IMG/VR virus record: IMGVR_UViG_3300031993_000045
Span: 21,237 to 85,236 of that record
Length of the DNA stretch: 64,000 nucleotides
DNA from: a virus
Taxonomy: Duplodnaviria; Caudoviricetes
Strand: one strand, 5' to 3'
The position numbers and the translations under genes are program-made. The notes under the pieces were generated by a model, which did no database searches, was not told where the DNA came from, and worked only from the letters and a program-made list of their open reading frames with translations. This document shows positions 52,450 through 64,000 of this stretch, piece by piece (positions within the stretch are counted from its first letter, which is position 1; each line of letters opens with the position of its first letter).

Positions 52450-54377
52450 TGGTATTAGGATATGAAAAACCTGTCGATATACCTGTAATGAGTATATACG
52501 ACAAAGATATGATGAAAACATACTTAGGGGCTCTACAAAAAGATTACGAGCAGGGTCTCTAGGATATGCGACAAGCGAATACAGACGCCGCGAATTTTAG
52601 TTCTCCGATAGCTGCCGATAATGAAGACTGGTACAATATTACATCCAGACCAATTAAAGAATTTTTAGATAAGAATCCAAATGCAATAAGATCCGTAGAA
52701 GGCAGAGCTTGGATTAGAAACTTCATTAACTCCAGACCTTATGGAGATATGGCTAAACTTAGGCAGAGTGCTGAAAACGCAAAGACATTTAATGCCGCAG
52801 TAAACAAGATGCGTCAAGATGGTACATACTCTGAGGAACTTTCTAAATTCTTTGGAGAAGGCTATGACGGATGGAGAACTCTTGGTGACAATGGAAACGG
52901 AGTGTTTAACACAATGGCTCCTACAAAATATGTTGGTATGGAAGAGGCACTTCTTCCTACTATTCAAATGCTTCAGAAATCTTACAGATTTGATGAAGAA
53001 GCTTCCAAGAAGCGTCCTGGATATAATGTGTTTAACGTTTCAGAAAAGCAGGCTCGAGAGGCTGTCAATAGGAATTACGTAGACCTTATGAGGATACCTG
53101 CTATGAAGTATCATCTTGCCAAGTCCGGATTAACAGAGGATCAGTTTAAGGACTTACTTACAAAACAAGCTCTTGCTCAGACTCCTGAAAAATTTGAAGC
53201 AGACCAGTGGGCAATGTTACAGGCTAATCTTGCTGCAAAAGCTGCAGAAAATGCTAAAGATAGAGCTCACCAAAGAGCTATGGCTAAAGATAAGGAAGAG
53301 AAACAACCTACGCCACAATTGACAGATAAGATTAATCAGCGTACATTTGAGAAGATCAGCACAGTACACGCTCCTCAATTTGTTCGTTATATGGAACAAA
53401 GGGCAGCTAAAGCTACCACACCAGAAGAGAAGAAGATGTTCCAAGGATACGCAGATGAATGGAGAAAGTTTAACAGTCTCAATAGGCAAGGCAAGATTGA
53501 TTTCTTAAATAAGTACAAGTATTTAAATAGCGACGGAACGTTGTCTGATAAATATTTCACATGGTACGGAATGACTAACGGCTGGAGTAGAGGTGCCGGC
53601 GCATTGACCAGAAAACAATCTAAAGAAAATGCCGCTCAGTACTACAACTCATATCTTGCTGATGTATCTGGTGCTGAAGAATCGCAGACTCTTGTTGGTG
53701 CTATTACCGGAACTTATCAAAAACAGAAGAACGGTTATTACGGAGTTTCCTTTGGAGGAAAGGTTAGTTATACTCCTGTAAGAGCATTGCAAGTATCTGG
53801 ACACGATAAGATGGTTAAGTCTGCTACAGGACACGGTCCATCTAATTCTGTAGAATACAAGTTCGGAGACTTCCTTAGGAAGAATCACATTCATGGTAAT
53901 GTGTACGACACTACTGGATTGAGAGCAGGTAGACTTAGCGGAAATGTTCTTGAAGTATCTGGAATGAGAATATCAGTTCCAATCTCTCAAGTTAAGTCAT
54001 TTGTCAAGACAGCACAAAGCAAAGGATACATGTTGTCTACTGGTAAAAACGCAAAGAATGCAACAGCTGAGGAAATTTATCAGGATCTTGGTATAACATT
54101 TGTAACGCCAGAAGGGCACGATGTTACTACAAGAACGGCAATAGATGGAGACGAGAAGAAGCAGAGCGTTACAACAAAGAGCTCTCCATTGTACTACGCT
54201 GTAATAGATGCCAGCGCTACATTAAATGCAGATGGAACATCTTTGTCTGCGTTAAATGACAGTTACAATAAGATGATAGGTGGAACTGGAATGGGTAGAG
54301 CTGAAGTAACTAACTCACAAGTATCTGCAGAAGCATTTGTTGATCCAAACAGCAACATGTTTAATGGATGGAAATAA
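52449..54377 (+). CDS. putative cargo/ejection protein (642 aa, 1 TAG=Gln)
   Basis: TAATG overlap, TAG at codon 38; lies before the giant polyprotein. Confidence 0.7.
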
Positions 54378-54390
54378 TTAAATAATTAAT

Positions 54391-57300
54391 ATGGGACCTA
54401 TAGATAAAAATAGAAAATTAGCACTCGATAGATTAGATTAGTTTTAGAGAAACAGAACATCTGTTAACTTGAGTTCCAGAGCTGGTTATGAAACATTAAC
54501 TGGCGGTGGACATACTAGAACTGACAACGATGTATTGAGTACAGATCCTAGCTTGTAGATGCTTTAGGATTAGCTAGAAGACATACACGACGAGGAACTA
54601 CAAGAGCAGGAAGAAAATGGGTTCTTATCAAACGCTGTAACCTTGGCGGCTGATGCCGCTAAGGTTGCAATCAGTTTGAATAATAGGAAACTTGATATAG
54701 CTAGACTTCTTACGCAGAAAGCTGCTGAGTCTATACTGAACTCAAATGAGCATGACAGAGACGAATCTAATTAGGAGCTACAACAAATTGAGACTATTAG
54801 AAACTATAAAAACGCTTGCAATGAAATCGAGCAATTAAAGACTTCCATATTAAAACAAACTGGCGGAGATCCGTACATAACAACAAACTTTGATTCTTAT
54901 GTAAAGTCTGTAGCTAACGGTAGCGCGTTTGCAAATCCTCAACTAGAAGCTGCTTGTAAAAGATATGTAGAACTCGACGATACTATAAGAAATCTTGATA
55001 ATTACTTCAAGACAGAAGGAAGACAGTTCTGGACAGTAAGAAATGAAATGTTCTCTTCTGACGACGCATCTGCTTTTGATAAAACAAGAATTGCCCTAGG
55101 TAACATGAACCAGGGCATAAAAAGAAACGGTAATCTTATAGACGCTGCGGGTAACCTGATAGGAGCTCCTTTAGGATGGATAGGTGGTCTGCATGATCTG
55201 ATCACAGGCAACGCTAAGAATACTGCTATATCTAGGCTTGATGACGGAGACCCTCTTATAGATAGATTGTATAAAGGTAGAAACATCTCAAAAGAAGATG
55301 ACGCTACTCTTAAAAGCAACGAGGACTACTATAAGAGACTTCTCAATCAGTATGATATGAAGATAAAGGCAGACCTTGAGTTCTATCGCGAAGGTGTGCT
55401 TCATCCTTCTGTCATTGCCAAGTCTCTCCCGTTTGTTGGAGAAGATGTATTTGGAGATCTTAATCAATCCGATCTAGAAGGGAGTAAATACAAGGTATAC
55501 AATCCTGAAGACATTGACGAATAGTATAAGAAGGAACAGCAAGAGAATAACTGGAAAGTATGGAGACCGGACTACTGGATTCCAGAAGTAGGTTCTTCTT
55601 TAGGACTCGGTGTAGGCATGGTAGGAACTGCAGCTAGTGGCGGTTTTACAAACTTTGTAATGAAGAGACTTCCTGTATGGTTGAATCCACAGAGTAAACT
55701 TCTCACTGCTGCACAAGGTACATTGCTTGCTACTGAGGCTGCTAATTCTGTAATGTTTACCAGAATGTCTAGACAAATGGAGACTGGTGGTGAAGCATCT
55801 ACTGCGCTTGCGTCAAGAGTAATTAGCGAATTGCAGAAAGACGGTCAGCAGTACACTGCCGTAATGGCTGACATAACAGATCAGCTCAAAAAATTTGGTA
55901 TAGATACATCTGGTCTTACTCCTGAGCATATTTTCAATTTGGCGATTGCTTACAACGTAAAGAGCGAAAATACCAAATTCAACTATGAACTTGATGCTGC
56001 TAGAAAAGGCTTAACAAAGCTTATAAACGCAAACAATTCACTTGCTTATTCTGACTACCTAGAGTCACTTCCATTTACAAGTTTTGGTGGAAGTTTCTTC
56101 AGAGCTGTCGGTAACAGTCTGTCTAAAGGCGCTGAAAAACTCGTATCTTCAAGAGGTTACAGATTATTAGCTTCTAAGGATGCAGCAGAGTTCGAAGCAA
56201 GAACTGCTCAAGACGTAGCCATGCAAGGCATGAGAGGTTTACAGAACGCTACTGGTAGAGCTTTTGGACCTGCAAATGCTGGCGTAGCCTCTGTAGGAAA
56301 AGTACTGGACGACATAACACTCCCTCTTGTAAATAAATTCAAACCAGAAACAACAGCTGTGTTTGATAATATTATCGAGAGAGCTGCTAAAAAAGCTCTT
56401 GAAAAGTCTGCAGCTACTGCTTTAAGAAAGAAGCACGTTGGAGAATATCTACAGAGGACTGCTAGAAATATGGCTGGTATAGGACTCACCGAAGGTATTG
56501 AAGAGGCAAATCAGGAGATCTTGCAACGTAAGTACGGTAGAGGTGAGTACGACAACTACAAAGAACCTTATAGCATGTTTAACATTCCGGAAGTATTCCA
56601 GGATGTTGTACTTTCTGGAGAAGCAATGTCAGACTTACTTGGTGTAAACTTTGGAAGTCCTGACAACGGAAGTCCTGACATAAGAAGGGCATTCGCTGTT
56701 GGTGTACTTGCTAGTATGGGTATTCCTGCTGGAGGTAATGTTGTATCCAACTTAACTGGTGCTAACGAGAGTAATGTAAGAGGTTTGATACGTCAACTCA
56801 GGGCTGACAAGGCTGCAGGAGAGATGCTTGATTATGATAACCTTACCATGAAGAACCTTATAAAGGAGATGAAAGATGATAAGGTTACTCTGAAGATGGT
56901 CGGAGATGCTCTTGGTGGAGATCAAGACCAGCAAAGACTTGGCATTTTCTTCGATGCGATGCATAGAGGTAAAGCAACAAAACAAACTTTAGCCAAAGCA
57001 TTAAATGATTACGAATCACTGATTGACAACAACGATCTTGTATCAAAACAATTCATATAGGACGACAGGGTGTTGTTGAACTCTATGGACATTATGTACA
57101 ACAGTGATTGGATAAACGACCAAGTAAAAAAATCTGGTTGGAAGAAGTTTGGAACTGAACATAGAGACATTGCTATTCAAGGAGCTCGATATCTCGCTGA
57201 AACAGCAAAGGACGAGGAGATGATGAATGAAGAGCGTGTCAATGCCGTTACACACAGAAGAGTTCTTAATGATTCAATCAATCAGCTCAGAGACATAGAA

Positions 57301-60300
57301 GACCAACTTGCCTCTATCGCTAACGACGGTACTTAGCAGTCCGCTGAAAAAAGGGCAGCCCTTGCACAATAGAGAAGCGATTTACTGCAAAATAACGCCA
57401 CTCTTAAGGGTTTGCACGAGCTTGCTATAAAGTTGTATGGTCCTGCAAAAGAAGGATATACGAGCAGACTTCTTAACGATTTTGAAGAGTTCGCAAATAA
57501 TCCTACTATCAAAAAGGCTATCGAGAGTAGACAGGGTAATAAGTAGGATGGTAATGGGTTTTACAGAGAGTTTAACGATGTTGCTAAAGAACTTTTTGGC
57601 GATGAAGAGAGTAAGAAAAAGCTTGTCGAACAGGCTACAAGTGAAGGCAGAGTAAGGGATCAGTGGAGTTTCTTGGAAGAGTTCGCTTCTCTTTATCACG
57701 ACTATATTGAAAGAAAAGCAGCCGAAGAAGTGTTGGGTGTAACCAAAGATCAAGAACAACTTCAAACATAGTTTAGAAAAATTACAGGTCTTGGTATAAA
57801 CACCAAAAAGCTTAAAGGTATCAATAAGATTATGTCTACAATAGTAGACAAGATTAAGAAGGAAGAAGAGGATTATGTAACAAAACACTTAACCGGATAC
57901 AAATCTCTCGACGAATTGTTTGAAGGTATCGAAGAGTTTAACGATATCAAAGAACACAGAGCGAACCTTATGAGCTACTTCTTAAACTCTGCAGCGTATG
58001 AAGCACAGGCTACTGTAAGAAACGCTTATCTTACTGGTACATCTATGTATGGAAGAAGCGTAAAAGCTCCTGATGCAGACGTTCTCGAACTTGCATTGTT
58101 TGGTGAGGATGAAGGAAATTCTATTGTTTCTGAATACGTAAAGAACTTCAAAAAACTCAACAAGGAATACAAGGAAAAGCTCGAGGAAGAAAGAAGGACT
58201 ACTGATCTGCACGATATACAAAAGGTAAACGAACAAGCTGCTTGGGCAATAATAAAAGATAATCTTAAAAACTTCGAAAAAAATAAGAGAATTGCTCATA
58301 GAATTTACGAAGAAGAGAGACCTGTAAATGCACAAGACGTAGACAATGCCACAAACGGAGATCCTGTAGCTGCAGAAAAAATTACTGGAGAAAAACCTGA
58401 ACAGCCTCAGCAACAAGATCAACCACAGCCTTAGCAAAATACTGGTAAAAAAACTTGGGGTGGAGTTTCTATAGACAACGATGTTAGACACGAAGAGTCT
58501 GATGCATCTAAGAGATCTAGAAAAGACATAGAAGGAGCTAATCTTGCCGCAGAAGCTGCTAGAGAAGCTGCCGAGCGACTTGCAAGAGAACGCCAAGCTC
58601 CATCGGAACAGGCTGTAGAACAGCACAATGCTGAACAAAATGAGAAGGTTTCACAGAAGCAAGACGAGTAGGAAAGAAAGTCAGAACAACCTGTCAACAA
58701 TCCTGCTCCTGCACCTGTAGTAAATCCAGAACAAAAAGCTGGTGATCCTGAGCAAAGTGTTCAGCCTTAGGTTTCTACAGAATAGCAACAACAAGAACCT
58801 CAAGTAGAGCAACAGCAAAATCCAGAACCAATCCCTACTCGTTCAGAGGAAACACCGACGCTTACCCAAGATCCAGACGATGCATTACAGACAGCACCCG
58901 AATCTGAAGAGGAGAATGAAGCCACTGTTGTTACAGACGAACGATTAGAAAAGGAAAAAGCCGCAGAAGCTGAGGCAGAATTGCTTATGCAGAATGCCGC
59001 AAAAGAAGATAAGGAACGTTAGGCTAACGAACAGTTTGCTGAAGAATCTATGAACAATGGAATAAATCCAGATTCACTTGACATTGATGATGAAGGCAAA
59101 CTTACTGTAGATGGAATGATTGTTAATCAGACCGTTGCAAATGAAATACAGGCGGAGTTATCATTGCTCTTAGCTGCAGACAAATATGATTCAATCATAC
59201 CTCATTCTGAAATTGGAGTAGACAACTCTAAGTCTAAAGAGAAGGAACTCGGTACTAGCAAGAGAGCTGCTGCTGATTATGTAAGTCAGACGTTCTTCTA
59301 CGATCCTTCTGCAAAAGACGTAATAAATCTTGCTATAAATGGTAAGACCATACAGCTTGAACATCCTCTTGCTCCAAATAGTCAACTTGCAAAGAATCTT
59401 CTGCAAGAAGGCTGGTTTGAGAATGCAAAAAAATACTACGTTGTAACACAATCACTTGCTGCTCAAAACAATCCTAATGACGCAGATTCGTTTACTGTCG
59501 CAATGATCATAGACGATGGAAAGAACTCTTATGCTGTGACATTAAGACAGCTTGGTGTTATCGAGAGTAAGGATAACGACGGAAAAACTTACTTTAAAAA
59601 CCATGAGCAAAAACTTAGAGCATGGCTTAGCAAACTTGGTACTAAGTATGAGAATCTTAGCACAGAAGAAGCGCATCAAAAATTGTTCGAGATAGAAAAG
59701 GAGATTGCACAAGACGTTTATGCAGTATCTAGAAAACCTAGACCAAACACGGTTGTAGATACAAACGGCGTTGAAACTTCTGCATCAATAGCTGCGCAGA
59801 TTGAGTGGAAAAGGCAAGCTACATCGTGGTACACAACAGCTCCGTCCAGAAGCGATTATCATAGCGAAAAAGCTTACGAAAAAGATCTCGACACTTGGAA
59901 ACAAGCTGTAAAGAGAATTAAAGCTGATGCTAGAAAAAGGGCCCAACAGCCTTATAAATCCATAATGACTGACGAGCAGATTGATGACCAGATCAACAAG
60001 CTTAGGGAACTTAGAAATAAAATTATAGACACCGTGCTTACCAAAAACGGCGATCAGTACATATTCCCAAGTACTGATAAAGCTTATCCTCAGACAGCAA
60101 AACCACAGTTCGCTACTAGAAGTAATGGCGTTATAAACAACGTTAAGAATGACGCTGGTGTGCCTGTCTTCAGAAGTGTGGCTGAAGGATCTATTGAAGA
60201 AGTTACACGTAAAATAAATTCTGGTGAACTTGTATTCGGTATAGGTCTTGGTTATTTTTCAAAGACAGCTCCTGGTCAGTTTAAGATAAGAGAGCTTGGC

Positions 60301-63300
60301 GACACAGGTATTGAATTTGAAGGTAAGGGTTTGTCTGGTAAGGTGTACATGATGGTTCCAGGACGTGATGGATACGGAAATAAAAAAATGATTCCGATAA
60401 TGCTTACTGAGTCCAGATTTGATGTTCAGGAAAGAGAGTTTGAAGAAGATGGTAAAACACGAAAAGAATCTTCACACATAAGACCAGAATATCCTGGAAG
60501 AAAGTCAAACGTGCGTCTTTCTATTGATCCTTCTACATGCTAGAGAACCGATGCAAAATACAAGCCTAGTGCCGCAGAAGTACTGTTATACTTGATATGT
60601 GGAAAAACTCCAGCTAATGACAAGTTCTTTGGAACGTAGATGAATAATATACGACTTGCATCTATACTGTCTGGTATTTTCATAAATCATGGTGAGATGA
60701 CACTTCTGCGCTCAAAGAACAGGAAGTCTAAAAAACTACTTGCTCCGTTTGCTCAGAAACAAATTGCTTGGTATCAGAAGGAGGGCTCTAGGCAATTTAC
60801 ATTTGCAATAGCAATGCCTAGTGGAAGCAACGATGAATACGAAGTAAGAGAGTTTAGTGAAGAAGATTTGTTTGGCTATTCTGAACAAGCTACTGAAAAC
60901 AGAAGAGCAGTAGTTGCTGCAATAGCTACACAAATGCACTGGAATACGGAAGAGTCCCACATGACTTCAAACTTTGGCTCTGAACAATTCAAACCTTTCA
61001 TAGACGCACTTTACAACTACTTCAAAGAGAATGACGTAGATTCTGTATCAATATTCGACTGTCCTCAACTTACATTCAACAGAGATGACTTCTTTAACGA
61101 GAACATGGACCTTAAGAGTAATCTTAGTATGTTGGCATGGATGATAAAGACCGGACGAATTGTTACAGATACTGCAAAAGACATATTCAAAGATCCGTTT
61201 GTATTCGCAAATGGAGTTACTCAGTCTGAAAGTAGTCAAAAGCTCGGCGAAATGAAACAAGCTGCAAATGTTGCCAAAGATTCTGAAACAGTTTCTGTAG
61301 TAGAAGCAGTAGGTAATAGTTTGGCAGAAGATACACAGAAGAAGGTTGAAAATCTTAAGGGTGTTTCTAAAGACTTCAACTTGGTTGCAGAAAACGAAAA
61401 ACAAAAGGTTCTCGATTTTTATAGAAAAAGACCTGCAACTAGTAATGTAAAAGAAGTTCTCGCTGTAGATATTTCAGAAGCAGGTCAGGTTTCTACTGAT
61501 ATTATCAAAGCTATCAAAGATAAGGTAGAGAAATACGCAGAAAAACACGGCATAAAGACTGTAAACTACGAGTCCCTAGAGATAGACGGTGAACCTAGCA
61601 ATGCTGTAAAACAAGTTCTCGCTAGAGGCAAAGGCTATCCTGTAGTATACGTATTTGATGATCACTGTCAAGTATTGGTACAAAGTACTGGTAACCTGAA
61701 CGTAAAAACTATAAAAGCAGGTGTTACCGGAGTATTTTCAAAGACAAGAGGCAATGGCGAGTTTAATGAAAGAAAAGCTAGAAAGTGGCTTAGAAAAACG
61801 TTAGGACTCACTGGAGCTAATGTGATTGTAGAAAATGCCATATTCAAGAGCGCTTCTTCTGGTGAAGAGGTATACGGTCTTGTAAATCTCAGCTTGAATG
61901 CGTTAAATGATTTGTCTGCTGACATCAGACTTAGTTCTAAGGCAGGAAAAGGCGTTCATTATCATGAAGCTTGGCACTATGTGAACTTGCTCATGCATGA
62001 CGCAAATGAACGAGCTATACTTTACAAAGAGTATGAAGATCTTCATCCTGAACTAAAAGGCAAGACGTATAAAGAGATAGAAGAAGCTATGGCTGAGGAT
62101 TTCAGAGCCTATATGGAAATGAGAACCTCTTATACTCCTTCTAGTATAATAAACAGATTGTGGGATGACATAAAGACTCTCATAGGCGTTGCTAACAATA
62201 AGTCTGCTTATAGATATGTATACAAGCAGATACGCAACGGAAGATATGCTGGACAAAAGCTGAACGATAAGTCTGTCAAAGAGTTTGCGAGAAAGTATCC
62301 TAAAGGAGCTTTGATGGAAGGTTATATACCTAATCTGGATAAACACACAACTGAACAGTTAGACATGCCTAGTTACCACGACTTTTACGACATCGCATAC
62401 GCTATTGTAAACTATATCATAGATTTTTATGATATTGATTCTGTAGAAACATTAAGAAGTGTTTCTGGAAAAGGATTCAAGGAGACGTTGAATTTGGTAA
62501 AACAATTTGCAGAACAGCAATCCGATCCTTCTCTTTACGATTCAATAATGTCTGTATACAACAACCCTCTTGCTTTACAAAAGATATTGTTGTAGCAATT
62601 TGCAAAATACGGAATCAATGTTAAGGTTAAATCTTTTAAAAACAATAACGTCGAAGACGATGACGAGGCGCATCAGTTCGAAGAGGGTGCTTCTGACAAT
62701 CAGTATGACAAGTTTGATTTGAGTATATCTGGAAAGGACAATGTAGCTCTTAAAGCGAAAATGTTTATGTCCAGAATACCTGTACTCAAACCTGTAAGAG
62801 TTGAATATAAAGAGAACGGTGTTACAAAATATAAGACAGAATACGAACCAGATCTCGATCCGTTTGGAAATCCAAAGATGTACTCCTTCAGCGAAGTGTG
62901 GGTAGCTTCATCACAAATGTTGCATAACACTGATTCTTTTGACAAGACTGACAAAGAGGGGCATTATCTTCCAAACTCTACTTTAGGAATGTGCGAAAAG
63001 TTCGGAAGAGCTAATCCTATGTTCATGTCCATGCTTGAGAAATTAAAGCAGGTAGTAGATAAGGATTCTTTCAATATACAGCTTAAACAGTGTCTGCAAG
63101 CCACAATGAACAGATCTATGGCTAATGTACAATACATCTAGCTTTCAGATCCTAAATAGATGGCTAAGATGAACGAAGCCGATCTTATGGCTAATATAAT
63201 GTACGGCAACGGAAATCAAAACAATGCATACGCTAAAGCTGCTGACAGAGAAAGATAGTTTGATTTGTTTAACGACAACAGGCTGCATATAGCTAGAAAC

Positions 63301-64000
63301 ATACCTAGAAGATGGTCTAGAAATGCTATCCTTAGAGGTATTGTTAAGAACAGCAATGGTGTACAGGTTGTAAACGATGAATTTGCAAAAGAACTCGTTA
63401 GTATACTTGGTTATACTGTCAAATCTGATAAGAATGGTCAGTATAGTTTAGATACAAGTAGTATTGCTAACGATTCTCTTATGTATCACGTAGCTGCACT
63501 GAAGCCTAAGAAAGGCGTTGTACTTAGCGATACAGAAAAGATGCAACATATAGATCGAATCAATCAAGAGTTTGTAAAACTTCTTAATGCAATGGGTATC
63601 GATGCTGACGAATATTCTGTAAATACGTTTGTAAACTCATTTACAAAAGAAGATTCTCAATCTGCTGACAATTTGTCCAATATATACCAAACTATATTTA
63701 GAACTACAGGTTCTAAGAAGGGTGGTAATATAATTCAGACAATCAACCTTATTGTGAAGAGTATTGGCAAGGAAACACTTGATACAGGTGAAGAAGAGGG
63801 CAAACCTATAGAAGATGTATATAACAGATATGGTTTGAATACAGACATAGCAAGACTTGCGTTAGCTTGGAATGCCACATATCCATCATCACAGGAGTTC
63901 TCTCTGCCTGGACCAAACGGCGATATGTTATATCCAGTTAGCCAGAATAATTTTATATCAGATATAGTAAGGTGGTTAAACAACGAAGAGGGTAAGTCTA
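54391..64000 (+). CDS. giant virion RNA polymerase-type polyprotein with zincin domain, 3' truncated (>3200 aa, about 23 TAG=Gln)
   Basis: one frame open to the window end except for TAG; HEAWH at 61963-61977 plus EEAMAE; position after muzzle/cargo genes as in crAss-like phages; RNAP catalytic DxDxD not seen in the window. Confidence 0.75.

Noticed and set aside
26590-63983. Long - strand ORFs opposite the late genes (e.g. 26693-27427, 27530-28537, 57982-58638)
   Set aside because: Antisense shadows of well-supported + strand genes, with hydrophobic low-information translations and no motifs
16934-64000. Fragmented ORFs read as pseudogenes, frameshifts or sequencing errors
   Set aside because: Every break is an in-frame TAG with no frame change, and a CUA suppressor tRNA is present
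1-64000. Integrase/att site, release factor or aminoacyl-tRNA synthetase genes
   Set aside because: None recognisable in this window; they may lie in the unseen part of the genome

Overview
About 64 kb of a crAss-like (Crassvirales) phage genome, probably infecting Bacteroidota, that uses TAG as a sense codon. Right arm (13164-64000, + strand): GroES-like and HU/IHF-like genes, tRNA-Met(CAT), an amber-suppressor tRNA(CUA) with a tRNA-Gln body, dUTPase, fibre proteins, terminase, portal, a lysozyme/LysM protein, scaffold, major capsid, ring proteins, a lysis cassette (DUF5675-like, holin, spanin-like), muzzle/stabilisation protein, cargo proteins and the first >3200 codons of a giant virion-RNA-polymerase-type polyprotein. 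The supplied ORF track is fragmented there because about 80 in-frame TAG codons (manual count) interrupt otherwise continuous frames. Reading TAG as Gln gives tightly packed genes that all end in TAA or TGA. Left arm (1-10859, - strand): small accessory ORFs readable in the standard code, including a tandem paralogue family and a ribosomal L7/L12-CTD-like protein. It also holds an array of tRNA and tRNA-like RNAs alternating with six conserved GUGA-loop hairpins (3565-5008), and a complete hammerhead ribozyme with a predicted loop-loop pseudoknot (9886-9957). All calls come from reading the sequence by eye; no database search was run, and names given by synteny are inferences.
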